DNA of 38,837 bases. Source: a virus. The notes below the pieces were generated by a model. The model had not been told where the DNA came from, ran no database searches, and was given only the letters and a program-made list of their open reading frames with translations. Positions within the stretch are counted from its first letter, which is position 1; the number at the start of each line of letters is the position of its first letter. A program made the translations under genes and the position numbers. Below, in pieces: positions 24,507 to 31,525 of this stretch. Location of the stretch: positions 1-38,837 of IMG/VR virus record IMGVR_UViG_3300035492_000219; one strand, written 5' to 3'.

Positions 24507-25205
24507 TCACGCCTCGGCGCGGGCGTCATGCGCCTCGATGGCCGCCAGCAGCATGGCCGCGGCCTTCACCATTGCGCGGCGCGGGTCGTGCGGGCGGAAA
24601 GCCTCCGTCTTGAACGGCCAGCTGAACACCGAGCGCGGCGCCTGCTGGCCCGAAGCAAACAGCGCATAACACGCGGCGGCCTGTGCAAGCTCGCCGTTCT
24701 GATACTGCGCATCGCTGTCGGCGCTGTAGCCCTTTTCGCTGATCTGCCGGGCGCGCTCGGCCAGCACGTCGGCGACCGCCTGCGAGCCGATCAGCTCGCC
24801 GGCCTGGCTCATGGCCTGGGTGACCGCGGAAGCGTCAACGTCAACCGTCAGCACCGAAACCTGATTGGCCGCAGGAGCCAGCGCCGGCACACACGCCAAG
24901 ACCAGCGCCTGCAATACCATCGTTTCCCCGCTGTCGCCCGCGAACACCGGCGGCAACGCGAGCCCGTCAGCGCCCACCACGTCGCCCGCATCGTTCAGGA
25001 TGAAGCCCGCGGCCTCGATGTAATCGGCGGTCAGGCCATCGGCCGGCGTGTCGCCCTGGGCTTGCGCATTGCCTTGATCAGCGGCGGGCGGGGTGCCCTG
25101 CTGCTGGCTCTGCTCCTGCTGCTCGCCGCTCGGCGTGTCCTGCGGCTTGGTCGCTGCAGCCTGCTCGGCTGCCGCCTTGGTTTTCGTGCTGGTACGTGGG
25201 GCCAT
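24507..25205 (-). CDS. Hypothetical protein: low-complexity Gln/Ala/Pro N-terminus and a conserved-looking C-terminal domain
   Basis: ATG at 25205 (MAPRTSTKTKAAAEQ..). The C-terminal ..ERARQISEKGYSADSDAQYQNGELAQAAACYAL.. resembles a motif widespread in phage proteins of unknown function. Confidence 0.55.
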   Translation of the reverse strand: MAPRTSTKTKAAAEQAAATKPQDTPSGEQQEQSQQQGTPPAADQGNAQAQGDTPADGLTADYIEAAGFILNDAGDVVGADGLALPPVFAGDSGETMVLQALVLACVPALAPAANQVSVLTVDVDASAVTQAMSQAGELIGSQAVADVLAERARQISEKGYSADSDAQYQNGELAQAAACYALFASGQQAPRSVFSWPFKTEAFRPHDPRRAMVKAAAMLLAAIEAHDARAEA

Positions 25206-25240
25206 CGTGGGCGCTCCTGTTGGGGTTGGTTTCGTGACTG

Positions 25241-25867
25241 TCACATGCACTGCGGTGCGGGCTTGCCGGCGAATGCCTCGTCGACAGCCTCCCAGGTTGA
25301 ACGCAGGGTGCGGGCATAGCCTGGCGGCAACGGCGGTCGGAACATGGCCAGGTCTAGCGGCCAGCCTTTTCGCAGGCGCGCGCGGATCGTGCATTCGCCC
25401 ACTGGCGTCTCGAAATGCGCCACCAGCTCGCGCAGAGTCCCGGTCACCCCGCGCACCGTGCGAAGGTGCTTTTCGCGGTTGGCGGCCCTGGCCAGCGCAG
25501 CACGGCGCCGAAGGCCAGGATCGGTCACGCCAACACGGGCGGCGTAGGCGCGGCGCGCATCGACCGACCGCCCAGGGCCTGGCCAATTGAACGCCGGCAG
25601 GTGCTTGAGCAGGCGGCGAAAGGACGGCACTGGTATGCCGACCGCCTGCGCCGTGGCGGTGCGACTCATGCCCTGTTCCGCGCAGCGGCGTATAAACTGC
25701 AGCTGCTCAGGCGTGATGGCTCTACGCCGCGGGTTCCACTCCAGCGGCGGCAGGGCGGCGAGCATCAGCCGAAAGCGCTTGGTCGACACCCCCAGAGCCT
25801 GGGCCGTGGCCGCCTTGCTCATGCCGTCAGCGGCGCACTGGCGAATGAAATCCTCAGTTGCGCACAT
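25241..25867 (-). CDS. DNA-binding protein with tandem HTH-like repeats
   Basis: Internal repeat FIRQCAADGMSKAATAQALGVSTKRFRLMLAALPPLEWNP / FIRRCAEQGMSRTATAQAVGIPVPSFRRLLKHLPAFNWPG. ATG at 25867. Confidence 0.55.
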   Translation of the reverse strand: MCATEDFIRQCAADGMSKAATAQALGVSTKRFRLMLAALPPLEWNPRRRAITPEQLQFIRRCAEQGMSRTATAQAVGIPVPSFRRLLKHLPAFNWPGPGRSVDARRAYAARVGVTDPGLRRRAALARAANREKHLRTVRGVTGTLRELVAHFETPVGECTIRARLRKGWPLDLAMFRPPLPPGYARTLRSTWEAVDEAFAGKPAPQCM

Positions 25868-26108
25868 AAGCCACCCCCGCACGAACCGGCTGGAACTGCT
25901 GCCGCAATGCCTCGCAGCGGCGGACCAGCTGATAATGCTCGGCCGTCTTTTCCGGGCCGCCTGGGCGCGCATAGTGCTCAGCCAGATCGCCGACGAAGCG
26001 CTGCAGCTCACGGACGTGTTCGATCAGTCGCAGCGCCGGGCCGTACTCCGGCAGGCCGGAATATGGGCCGAAATGGCGCTCAATCAGGTCTATCTCGCTC
26101 GGGCTCAT
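25854..26108 (-). CDS. Hypothetical 84-aa protein
   Basis: Its start overlaps the Q-like gene's stop by 4 nt and its 3' end overlaps the next gene by 14 nt. No motif recognised. Confidence 0.5.
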   Translation of the reverse strand: MSPSEIDLIERHFGPYSGLPEYGPALRLIEHVRELQRFVGDLAEHYARPGGPEKTAEHYQLVRRCEALRQQFQPVRAGVAYVRN

Positions 26109-26563
26109 TTGCCCCTTCCTCCCAGATGCTCGATCAGTTCGGCACGCGCCTCGGCCAGGCGGCGCTTATACGTGCGCAGGCTGATGCCCAAATGCAGCGC
26201 CTTTTTCAGCTGGCACAGCCCGCGCGGGTCGTACCCCTTGAGGCCGCGCTCGCGCACCACCAGCCACCAGCCGGCGTCATGCTCAAGGCGCAGCACGGCC
26301 TCGCGCATGGGCTCTGCCTTGCCGATTTCGCGTACCGCCAGCTCGATGCCGGCCTCTATGCCGTCAGTCGGGGCGCTCGCCCCGCCGCCACCAAAAATCA
26401 GATGCCCCCTGGCATCCATCCAGCGGGCCAACAGCGAACGGCCACAGCCAAGCGCGCCGCGGCTGGCAGGCTCAGCCAGCCAGCGCGCCCACTGCTCCAG
26501 CCAGGCATCGAGCGCGCCGCGGCGCCGACGCCCGGCTGCTGCCGCCGGTCGCTGGGCGCTCAT
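26105..26563 (-). CDS. Antitermination protein Q-like
   Basis: ..LDAWLEQWARWLAEP.. N-terminus and C-terminal ..ALHLGISLRTYKRRLAEARAELIEHL.. HTH, resembling one of the phage Q families. Confidence 0.55.
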   Translation of the reverse strand: MSAQRPAAAAGRRRRGALDAWLEQWARWLAEPASRGALGCGRSLLARWMDARGHLIFGGGGASAPTDGIEAGIELAVREIGKAEPMREAVLRLEHDAGWWLVVRERGLKGYDPRGLCQLKKALHLGISLRTYKRRLAEARAELIEHLGGRGK

Positions 26564-26961
26564 TAGTGCGCCCGCGCCGTCTTGAGCAGCAGTTCCGACA
26601 ACGCCTCAAGCGGGTCGAGAAAATGCCGGCAGCCGCCTTGCATCTGGGTTACCAGCGCGTCGTCGCGGCGGATCGGAACCAGGTCTGACGGGGTGCCCAT
26701 CACATGCCAGATCACCCCACCGCGCCGGCGGATTTCGTCCGCCTCCGGCAGCGTCACCACGTCAGTGACCACCAGGCCGCCCAACTCACGATTGCCGGAT
26801 GCCTTTTCCAGGGCGGCAGCCAGCGCCTTGAGCCGGACCCCAGGCGCGCGACTTTCAGCAGACGGCACAACCTGCAGCTGATGCCGGCCGAACTGTTCCA
26901 GCCGCTTGCCGATTTCGGCGCGGTCGCAGGCCTTGCCGCCGACCAGTCCAATGATGATCAT
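26563..26961 (-). CDS. Hypothetical protein with degenerate P-loop-like N-terminus
   Basis: MIIIGLVGGKACDRAEIGKRL.. ATG at 26961 with a GGGGGA SD. The function call is not supportable. Confidence 0.45.
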   Translation of the reverse strand: MIIIGLVGGKACDRAEIGKRLEQFGRHQLQVVPSAESRAPGVRLKALAAALEKASGNRELGGLVVTDVVTLPEADEIRRRGGVIWHVMGTPSDLVPIRRDDALVTQMQGGCRHFLDPLEALSELLLKTARAH

Positions 26962-27009
26962 TCGAGAGATTCCCCCAATCACGCCGCCGGAACGTCCGGG
27001 CGGCAAAAG

Positions 27010-27252
27010 TCAAAACGGCAATGCAATGCCTGGCATTTCGGGCCAGGCGCGGCCGCCCACGCACGCCCCGCCCTCGCGGCGATGCGGGAAGTGGTAGGCG
27101 TCGCAGTAACAGGTTGTAAGGCGCCAGGGGCGCGTGGCGGCCCAGCGATCCAGCCGGCCAATACGCGAGCAGGCCGGGCACTTCGTCACGCCAGGCACGC
27201 CCTTAAAGCGGCGCTGACAAGCGCGCGAGGTGCAGCGGCAGTGCCGGCTCAC
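27010..27252 (-). CDS. Cys-rich small protein (putative zinc-binding)
   Basis: GTG start at 27252, 2 nt after the upstream stop. VSRHCRCTSRACQRRFKG..KCPACSRIGRLD..CYCDAYHFPHRREGGAC.. Only this C-terminal part of track ORF 27010..27480 is believed. Confidence 0.5.
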   Translation of the reverse strand: MSRHCRCTSRACQRRFKGVPGVTKCPACSRIGRLDRWAATRPWRLTTCYCDAYHFPHRREGGACVGGRAWPEMPGIALPF

Positions 27253-27254
27253 GT

Positions 27255-27830
27255 TCAGCCCCGCGCCTGCTCGATGCGCTGACGACGAATCGCCTGCAAC
27301 TGTTCGTGCAGCTCTGATGGGCTGAGCTGTGCGCTGGCAGCGACGGCCGCCTTGGCGGCCTCGACCATTTCCCCCGTCGTGACGTTTGAGGCGCACCAGC
27401 GGCGAAACAGCCCCTGCGTGTGCGGGTCGCGGATCAACCAATTGGGAAAGCTCAGCTCGACCGCGCACCAGTCGCCCCACTGCACAGGATCGACAAACAG
27501 TTGCGGCCCATCATTGGCGGGCAGGTACAGCGCCGCATTAGCGAGCGTCACCGATAACGGCGCTGCAGGGTCGGCGCCCTGCTCGACGCTCAGCCAGCCA
27601 GCGGCCTGCAGAAATGCCAGAAACTCGTCCAGTTCCTGACGCCCGATCTGCAGCGCATCGAGCCAATCGCTCGCGCGCATCGTCACCCGCCCGGTGCTGC
27701 GCTCGGCGCTGGTGGCCAGCAGCTCAATCAGCTTGACCATGCGCGCGAAACCGGCCAGGCCAAAACGCTGCTCGACCTTGCGCACGGCGACCTGCGCCGA
27801 GAACGCGCCCGACAGCCGCGCCCAGGTCAT
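27255..27830 (-). CDS. Early protein, possible wHTH/replication-associated DNA-binding protein
   Basis: 191 aa directly after cro. ..MVKLIELLATSAE.. and Trp-rich ..VDPVQWGDWCAVELSFPNWL..LFRRWCA.. No confident family. Confidence 0.4.
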   Translation of the reverse strand: MTWARLSGAFSAQVAVRKVEQRFGLAGFARMVKLIELLATSAERSTGRVTMRASDWLDALQIGRQELDEFLAFLQAAGWLSVEQGADPAAPLSVTLANAALYLPANDGPQLFVDPVQWGDWCAVELSFPNWLIRDPHTQGLFRRWCASNVTTGEMVEAAKAAVAASAQLSPSELHEQLQAIRRQRIEQARG

Positions 27831-28111
27831 GGCTTGCGCCGCCCCTTCTGCGTGGCCTCAACGAACGGCATGTAAATGCCGTTGAAATCGACCAGGCCTT
27901 TGGTTTCACGAAAGATATTTGCCGAAGCCGAAAAGCTCGGGGCACGCTCGAAGCGATACCAGCTGGCGACGGTGCGCACGGCCTCGCCGAGTTTTTCAGC
28001 AGCGGCTGCGTAGCCACCCTGTTCGTCTATCCAGTCGTTTAGATTCACCGTAAGCGCACCCCTTTCACTTATGGTGAATATCATGGCATGTGCGCCCCGT
28101 TTCGCAAGCAT
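27827..28111 (-). CDS. cro: Cro-like HTH regulator
   Basis: Divergent from the CI-like gene. ..WIDEQGGYAAAAEKLGEAVRTVASWYRFERAPS.. HTH. Alternative start at ATG 28084 (MIFTISERG..). Confidence 0.7.
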   Translation of the reverse strand: MLAKRGAHAMIFTISERGALTVNLNDWIDEQGGYAAAAEKLGEAVRTVASWYRFERAPSFSASANIFRETKGLVDFNGIYMPFVEATQKGRRKP

Positions 28112-28169
28112 TATTTCTGCTTTTTTCCACTTTGCGTGTATAGTTAAACGCAGATTTAACTAATGTCGG
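28112..28169. promoter_or_regulatory. Divergent cI/cro control region with an inverted repeat TGCGT-N10-ACGCA
   Basis: AT-rich gap with the inverted repeat at 28133-28152. Individual -35/-10 hexamers could not be assigned confidently. Confidence 0.55.
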
Positions 28170-28850
28170 GTGGCTGGCTACATGACGGACTTACGAAAGC
28201 TGATTGCGGGACGCATCCGCAAATGCAGAAAGGACAGCGGGCTTACCCTCACCCAGGCGGCGCAGCAGCTCTCGGCCATCTCCGGCGAAGCCGTGTCGTT
28301 GCCGCGGTTTTCCAATTGGGAAACCACCATAGAACCCAAAATCCCGAGCCTGCACCTGTTCCCCTATCTGGCAAAAATTTTCAACGTCTCGGCCGCCTAC
28401 CTGGCCGGCTTTGAGGACGTCCCGCGGCGCGACTTCGCCGACAGTGACTACGTGACCAGCGTGCGCACCATCGCGCTGCACGGGCAGCGGCTTGAGGTAG
28501 AGGGCGCCGACGACTCGCTCGCCTTTCGTCGGGCGTTCGCTGAAGAACTCGGCGTGCCCGTCGAGAAACTGCTGGTAATCAAACAGATCGACGACAGCAT
28601 GCGCGACACCCTGGGCCGCGGCGACCGGGCCGTCATTGACACACGGCAGACGCGCGTCAAGGGCAAAGACCTGTTCGGCCTGCTGGTCAATGGTGACGTC
28701 TGGCTGCGCTGGATACGCCCCGAGGTGAACGGCGCCTACACCATCGCCGCCGATGATTCAGACCAGTACCCCGACCAACAGCTGACGGCCGAGGAACTGG
28801 CAGACTTTCAGATAATCGGCCGCGTGGTTTCGCTTAACCTGCGCCGCTGA
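28170..28850 (+). CDS. cI: CI-like repressor (XRE HTH plus S24/LexA-type autocleavage domain)
   Basis: ..IRKCRKDSGLTLTQAAQQLS.. HTH. The C-terminal ..IDDSMRDTLGRGDRAVID..KGKDLFGLLVNGDVWLRW.. is S24 peptidase-like (Ser..Lys). An alternative ATG lies at 28182. Confidence 0.85.
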   Translation: MAGYMTDLRKLIAGRIRKCRKDSGLTLTQAAQQLSAISGEAVSLPRFSNWETTIEPKIPSLHLFPYLAKIFNVSAAYLAGFEDVPRRDFADSDYVTSVRTIALHGQRLEVEGADDSLAFRRAFAEELGVPVEKLLVIKQIDDSMRDTLGRGDRAVIDTRQTRVKGKDLFGLLVNGDVWLRWIRPEVNGAYTIAADDSDQYPDQQLTAEELADFQIIGRVVSLNLRR

Positions 28851-28870
28851 ATGATGACAGAATGAGATCA

Positions 28871-28896
28871 AAGCCCCCGTCAGAGGGGCCTTTTTA
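28871..28896 (+). terminator. Intrinsic terminator after cI
   Basis: AGCCCC-cgtcaga-GGGGCC followed by TTTTT. Confidence 0.65.
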
Positions 28897-28907
28897 ACGC
28901 CAATACA

Positions 28908-28922
28908 TACACTTTAAGTGTA
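28908..28922. promoter_or_regulatory. Perfect 15-bp palindrome TACACTT-T-AAGTGTA in an AT-rich promoter-like gap
   Basis: Read directly, 24 bp upstream of the 28946 ATG. Followed by TACTAAT (-10-like). Confidence 0.55.
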
Positions 28923-28945
28923 CTAATTCACGGCAGGGAAAACGC

Positions 28946-29251
28946 ATGAATAACGCAGTTGCTCACCAGGCCGCCGAGGCAGGCAGCCCGCTCTCGGTCT
29001 TCGACGAAGCCACCCGGCACTCGATCTGCCACTGCCTGCACCTGCAGGCCTCGTTTATGGCCGCCCTTGAAAACACCGCGGCCCGCGCGATTGAAACCGG
29101 CGACCATGCCGGCGCCCTCGAAGACATCGAGCGCATGGCCGGCGGTATCAAGGACAACCTGCGGCACCTGGCGCGCCTGGTGATCGAGGTCGAAACGACG
29201 CGCCCCCTTTCCCTGGTCAAGGACGGCCACCATGCACTCGCTCAACACTGA
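28946..29251 (+). CDS. Hypothetical helical 101-aa protein
   Basis: SD-like GGGAAAA precedes the ATG. Overlaps the next gene by 20 nt. No motif recognised. Confidence 0.55.
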   Translation: MNNAVAHQAAEAGSPLSVFDEATRHSICHCLHLQASFMAALENTAARAIETGDHAGALEDIERMAGGIKDNLRHLARLVIEVETTRPLSLVKDGHHALAQH

Positions 29252-29666
29252 CGACGTGATCGCCCTGCCGGGGCAGAGCCTCACCACGCTGGAACTGGCC
29301 GTGCTCGAAGGGCTGTCCAACGGCAACAGCCCGGCCGATATCGCAGCCGCCACCGGCAACAGCCCGGCCGCCATTCGCACGGCCGAACTGAACGCGCGCG
29401 ACAAGCTGGGCGCCAAAACTCACCCGCACATGATCGCCCGCGGCTTCGTGCTGGGCGTACTGCTGCCCCGCGCCCTGTGCCTGCTGGTAGCCCTGGCCAG
29501 CGCCATCGACCACGGCCCTGCTCAGCGCCTGCGCATGCCCCGCAACGGTCGCGCGCCGTCGTCGCTCGTGCGCAGCACCCGTGCCAGCAGCGGGCGCGGG
29601 CGTGGCGCGCGCGAATCCGTCGTGTTCCTGCAGGCACAGCTCGGGCAGCAGCTCACAGCCGCATAA
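29232..29666 (+). CDS. LuxR/GerE-type HTH protein with a hydrophobic segment and Arg-rich tail
   Basis: LTTLELAVLEGLSNGNSPADIAAATGNSPAAIRTAELNARDKLGAKTHPHMIARG matches the GerE HTH pattern, followed by LLPRALCLLVALASAI. No autoinducer-binding or receiver domain. Confidence 0.6.
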   Translation: MHSLNTDDVIALPGQSLTTLELAVLEGLSNGNSPADIAAATGNSPAAIRTAELNARDKLGAKTHPHMIARGFVLGVLLPRALCLLVALASAIDHGPAQRLRMPRNGRAPSSLVRSTRASSGRGRGARESVVFLQAQLGQQLTAA

Positions 29667-29766
29667 CGCAAGCGTCATTGCGTCATATCTATAAATAACG
29701 CTTGCGCCCTGCCATGGGGCGCCGGTACCCTGTGCGCGTTAAATAACGCAATGGCGCAATAACGCC
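29663..29766. promoter_or_regulatory. Two in-phase arrays of 8-bp boxes upstream of parA (candidate operator/centromere)
   Basis: 29663: ATAACGCA AGCGTCAT TGCGTCAT ATCTATAA ATAACGCT. 29743: ATAACGCA ATGGCGCA ATAACGCC. The two array starts are exactly 80 bp (10 x 8) apart. Confidence 0.7.
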
Positions 29767-29785
29767 AGCACAGGGAGCGCTCAAC

Positions 29786-30430
29786 ATGGCACAGACAATC
29801 GGAGTGGCCGCACAAAAGGGCGGCGTAGGCAAGAGCGGGGAATGCCGCGCCATTGCCACCACCTACGCCGCAGCAGGTTGGGCGGTCAGAATCTGCGATC
29901 TGGACATCGACCAGTCCACCTCACACAACTGGAACATCCGCCGCGAGCATTACGGCATCGAGCCACGCCTGCAGGTCGAGACGTTCGGCAGCTTTGCCCG
30001 CGCCTTCAAGAGCATCGGCGACGACGTAGACCTGGCGATCTTCGACGGCCAGCCGCGCGCCAATGCCGGCACCGTGGAAATGGGCATGGCGGTTGACCTG
30101 CTCATTCTGCCCACCGGCACCGGGCTCGATGATATGGAGCCGACCGTGTTGCTGGCCAACAGCCTGGTCGAACAGGGCGTGCCGGTTGAAAAGATCGCCA
30201 TTGCCCTCTGTCGCATCGGCGACAGCGGCAAGGAGCTGGTCGAGGCCCGCGCCTACCTGGGCGCCACCCCTTACCACCTGCTGGGCGGCGCCCTGTACGA
30301 AATGACCGCCTACCGCCGCGCCCATGATGCCGGCCTGTCGATGGTTGAAACCCCCTACCCCTCGCCCCGCGAGAAGGCCGCCGCCCATGTGCAGGCCATC
30401 GTCGACCGCCTGGCCTATCTGACCAAATAA
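29786..30430 (+). CDS. parA: Partition ATPase, small type Ib ParA (ParF/delta-like)
   Basis: Deviant Walker A AAQKGGVGKSG; 214 aa; ..LDIDQSTS.., ..AIFDGQP.. motifs. Confidence 0.88.
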   Translation: MAQTIGVAAQKGGVGKSGECRAIATTYAAAGWAVRICDLDIDQSTSHNWNIRREHYGIEPRLQVETFGSFARAFKSIGDDVDLAIFDGQPRANAGTVEMGMAVDLLILPTGTGLDDMEPTVLLANSLVEQGVPVEKIAIALCRIGDSGKELVEARAYLGATPYHLLGGALYEMTAYRRAHDAGLSMVETPYPSPREKAAAHVQAIVDRLAYLTK

Positions 30431-30466
30431 CGCTATAACGCTTGCGTGCTATAACGCATTAACGAA
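30427..30466. promoter_or_regulatory. Array of 8-bp boxes between parA and the RHH gene
   Basis: ATAACGCT ATAACGCT TGCGTGCT ATAACGCA TTAACGAA, contiguous and overlapping the parA stop codon. Confidence 0.7.
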
Positions 30467-30477
30467 AGGTATCACTC

Positions 30478-30744
30478 ATGACCACAATCAAAGTTCCCGC
30501 CCCCAAGCGCCCGGCCGGCAAAGGCACCCCGCCTACCACGGCGCGGGCCGTAGGCGTAGTCGGTAACAACATCGAGAAACCCGAAACCGGCGCCACCGTG
30601 CCGTTTAACAAGCGGCTGCCGGTCGAGCTGGTAAAAGAGGTTAAGCAGTTCTGCCTCGACCATCAGACCAACGCCACCAAAATGCTGATCGACGCGCTGC
30701 GCGAGTACATGGATAACCGCGGCGCCGGTAAGGCCCGCAAGTAA
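30478..30744 (+). CDS. Ribbon-helix-helix centromere-binding/regulatory protein (ParG/omega-like)
   Basis: 88 aa. Pro/Gly/Lys-rich flexible N-tail, then VPFNKRLPVELVKEVKQFCLDHQTNATKMLIDALREYM (beta-alpha-alpha). Confidence 0.75.
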   Translation: MTTIKVPAPKRPAGKGTPPTTARAVGVVGNNIEKPETGATVPFNKRLPVELVKEVKQFCLDHQTNATKMLIDALREYMDNRGAGKARK

Positions 30745-30825
30745 GAGAAAGGATCGGGCGCCAGGGTCTTCGACCACCCAGGCGCCCGGTAACACACCGC
30801 CCCACCCCTCTAAAGGTAAGCCGCT

Positions 30826-30972
30826 ATGTCAGCCGCAGAGTATACCGCCCTGGAATCCCTACCGCTCGCCGATCTGCTGCGCCGCCCCTTCTGGCAGCTG
30901 ATCAACTTTATGGAGCGTTGCGACCGCGCCCGCCGCCTTGTCATCCTGCAAGCCATGACGCCCAAACAATGA
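30826..30972 (+). CDS. 48-aa ORF (below the track cut-off)
   Basis: Own translation: MSAAEYTALESLPLADLLRRPFWQLINFMERCDRARRLVILQAMTPKQ. SD AAAGG lies 8 nt upstream. The stop overlaps the next ATG (ATGA). Confidence 0.45.
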   Translation: MSAAEYTALESLPLADLLRRPFWQLINFMERCDRARRLVILQAMTPKQ

Positions 30973-31214
30973 GGTTCCGCCCCATGCCAAACACCGCCCT
31001 CGTCCTTACCGCGAAGAACACCAAACACCCCGACCTGATCGGCCTGGCCGAGCTGGACGGCACCCAGGCCATGGCCCTGGCGCAGCTGGTCAAGCGCCTG
31101 TCCTGGGCCGAGCTGCGCGCCTGTGCGGTCAGCGACGCCGAGGCCTACGACATACGCGACGGCGTGGCCAAGCTGCAGCGCATGCTCGCCGATGCCGGCT
31201 ACGCGCCGCGCTGA
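30969..31214 (+). CDS. Hypothetical 81-aa protein, last gene of the maintenance operon
   Basis: MRFRPMPNTALVLTAKNTKHPDLIGLAELDG.. The upstream part of track ORF 30918..31214 is not believed. Followed by a strong terminator. Confidence 0.55.
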   Translation: MRFRPMPNTALVLTAKNTKHPDLIGLAELDGTQAMALAQLVKRLSWAELRACAVSDAEAYDIRDGVAKLQRMLADAGYAPR

Positions 31215-31231
31215 CCCACCCAGGAACGAAC

Positions 31232-31259
31232 AAGCCCCGCCAGTGCGGGGCTTTTCTTT
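31232..31259 (+). terminator. Intrinsic terminator closing the plus-strand block
   Basis: AGCCCCGC-cagt-GCGGGGCT followed by TTTCTTTG. Confidence 0.75.
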
Positions 31260-31267
31260 GCCTTGCG

Positions 31268-31288
31268 TTTCGCTGTTACCCGTAACGC
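31268..31288 (+). repeat. 21-bp exact direct repeat, copy 2 (TTTCGCTGTTACCCGTAACGC)
   Basis: Identical to 22492-22512. Lies in the convergent gap, immediately 3' of the 31289..31525 stop. Confidence 0.85.
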
Positions 31289-31525
31289 CTACAGCTCGAC
31301 GCGAAAGTCGCGCACCCCCAGCCCCTCGGCGAAGCGTCCCACAGCCGTCAGGCTCGCCCACACTCGCACCGGCTCGCGGCGCGAGCGCACGGGCAGCCAA
31401 TTCGTGCCCAGCCGCACGGCGAAGGTCCAGCCTTGCCCGCCTGGCCCACGGCGCGCCAGGAACTCACGGGCGGCGCCGGTGGCAATCAGCGCCTGCAGCG
31501 TTTCCTCGGTGAAAGCCTGGCGCAT
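31289..31525 (-). CDS. Hypothetical 78-aa protein
   Basis: Start overlaps the upstream stop. ..GWTFAVRLGTNWLPVRSRREPVRVWASLTAVGRFAEGLGV.. Family not recognised. Confidence 0.55.
   Translation of the reverse strand: MRQAFTEETLQALIATGAAREFLARRGPGGQGWTFAVRLGTNWLPVRSRREPVRVWASLTAVGRFAEGLGVRDFRVEL

Noticed and set aside
27253-27480. N-terminal 76 codons of track ORF 27010..27480.
   Set aside because: Overlaps the 3' end of gene 27255..27830 in another frame and has an Arg/Gly-rich composition. Only the Cys-rich part from GTG 27252 is kept.
29663-30466. Could the short repeat arrays be a CRISPR array or Rep iterons?
   Set aside because: The units are only 8 bp and contiguous, without spacers, and they occur in both orientations. 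They are far too short for CRISPR repeats or for typical 17-22-bp iterons.
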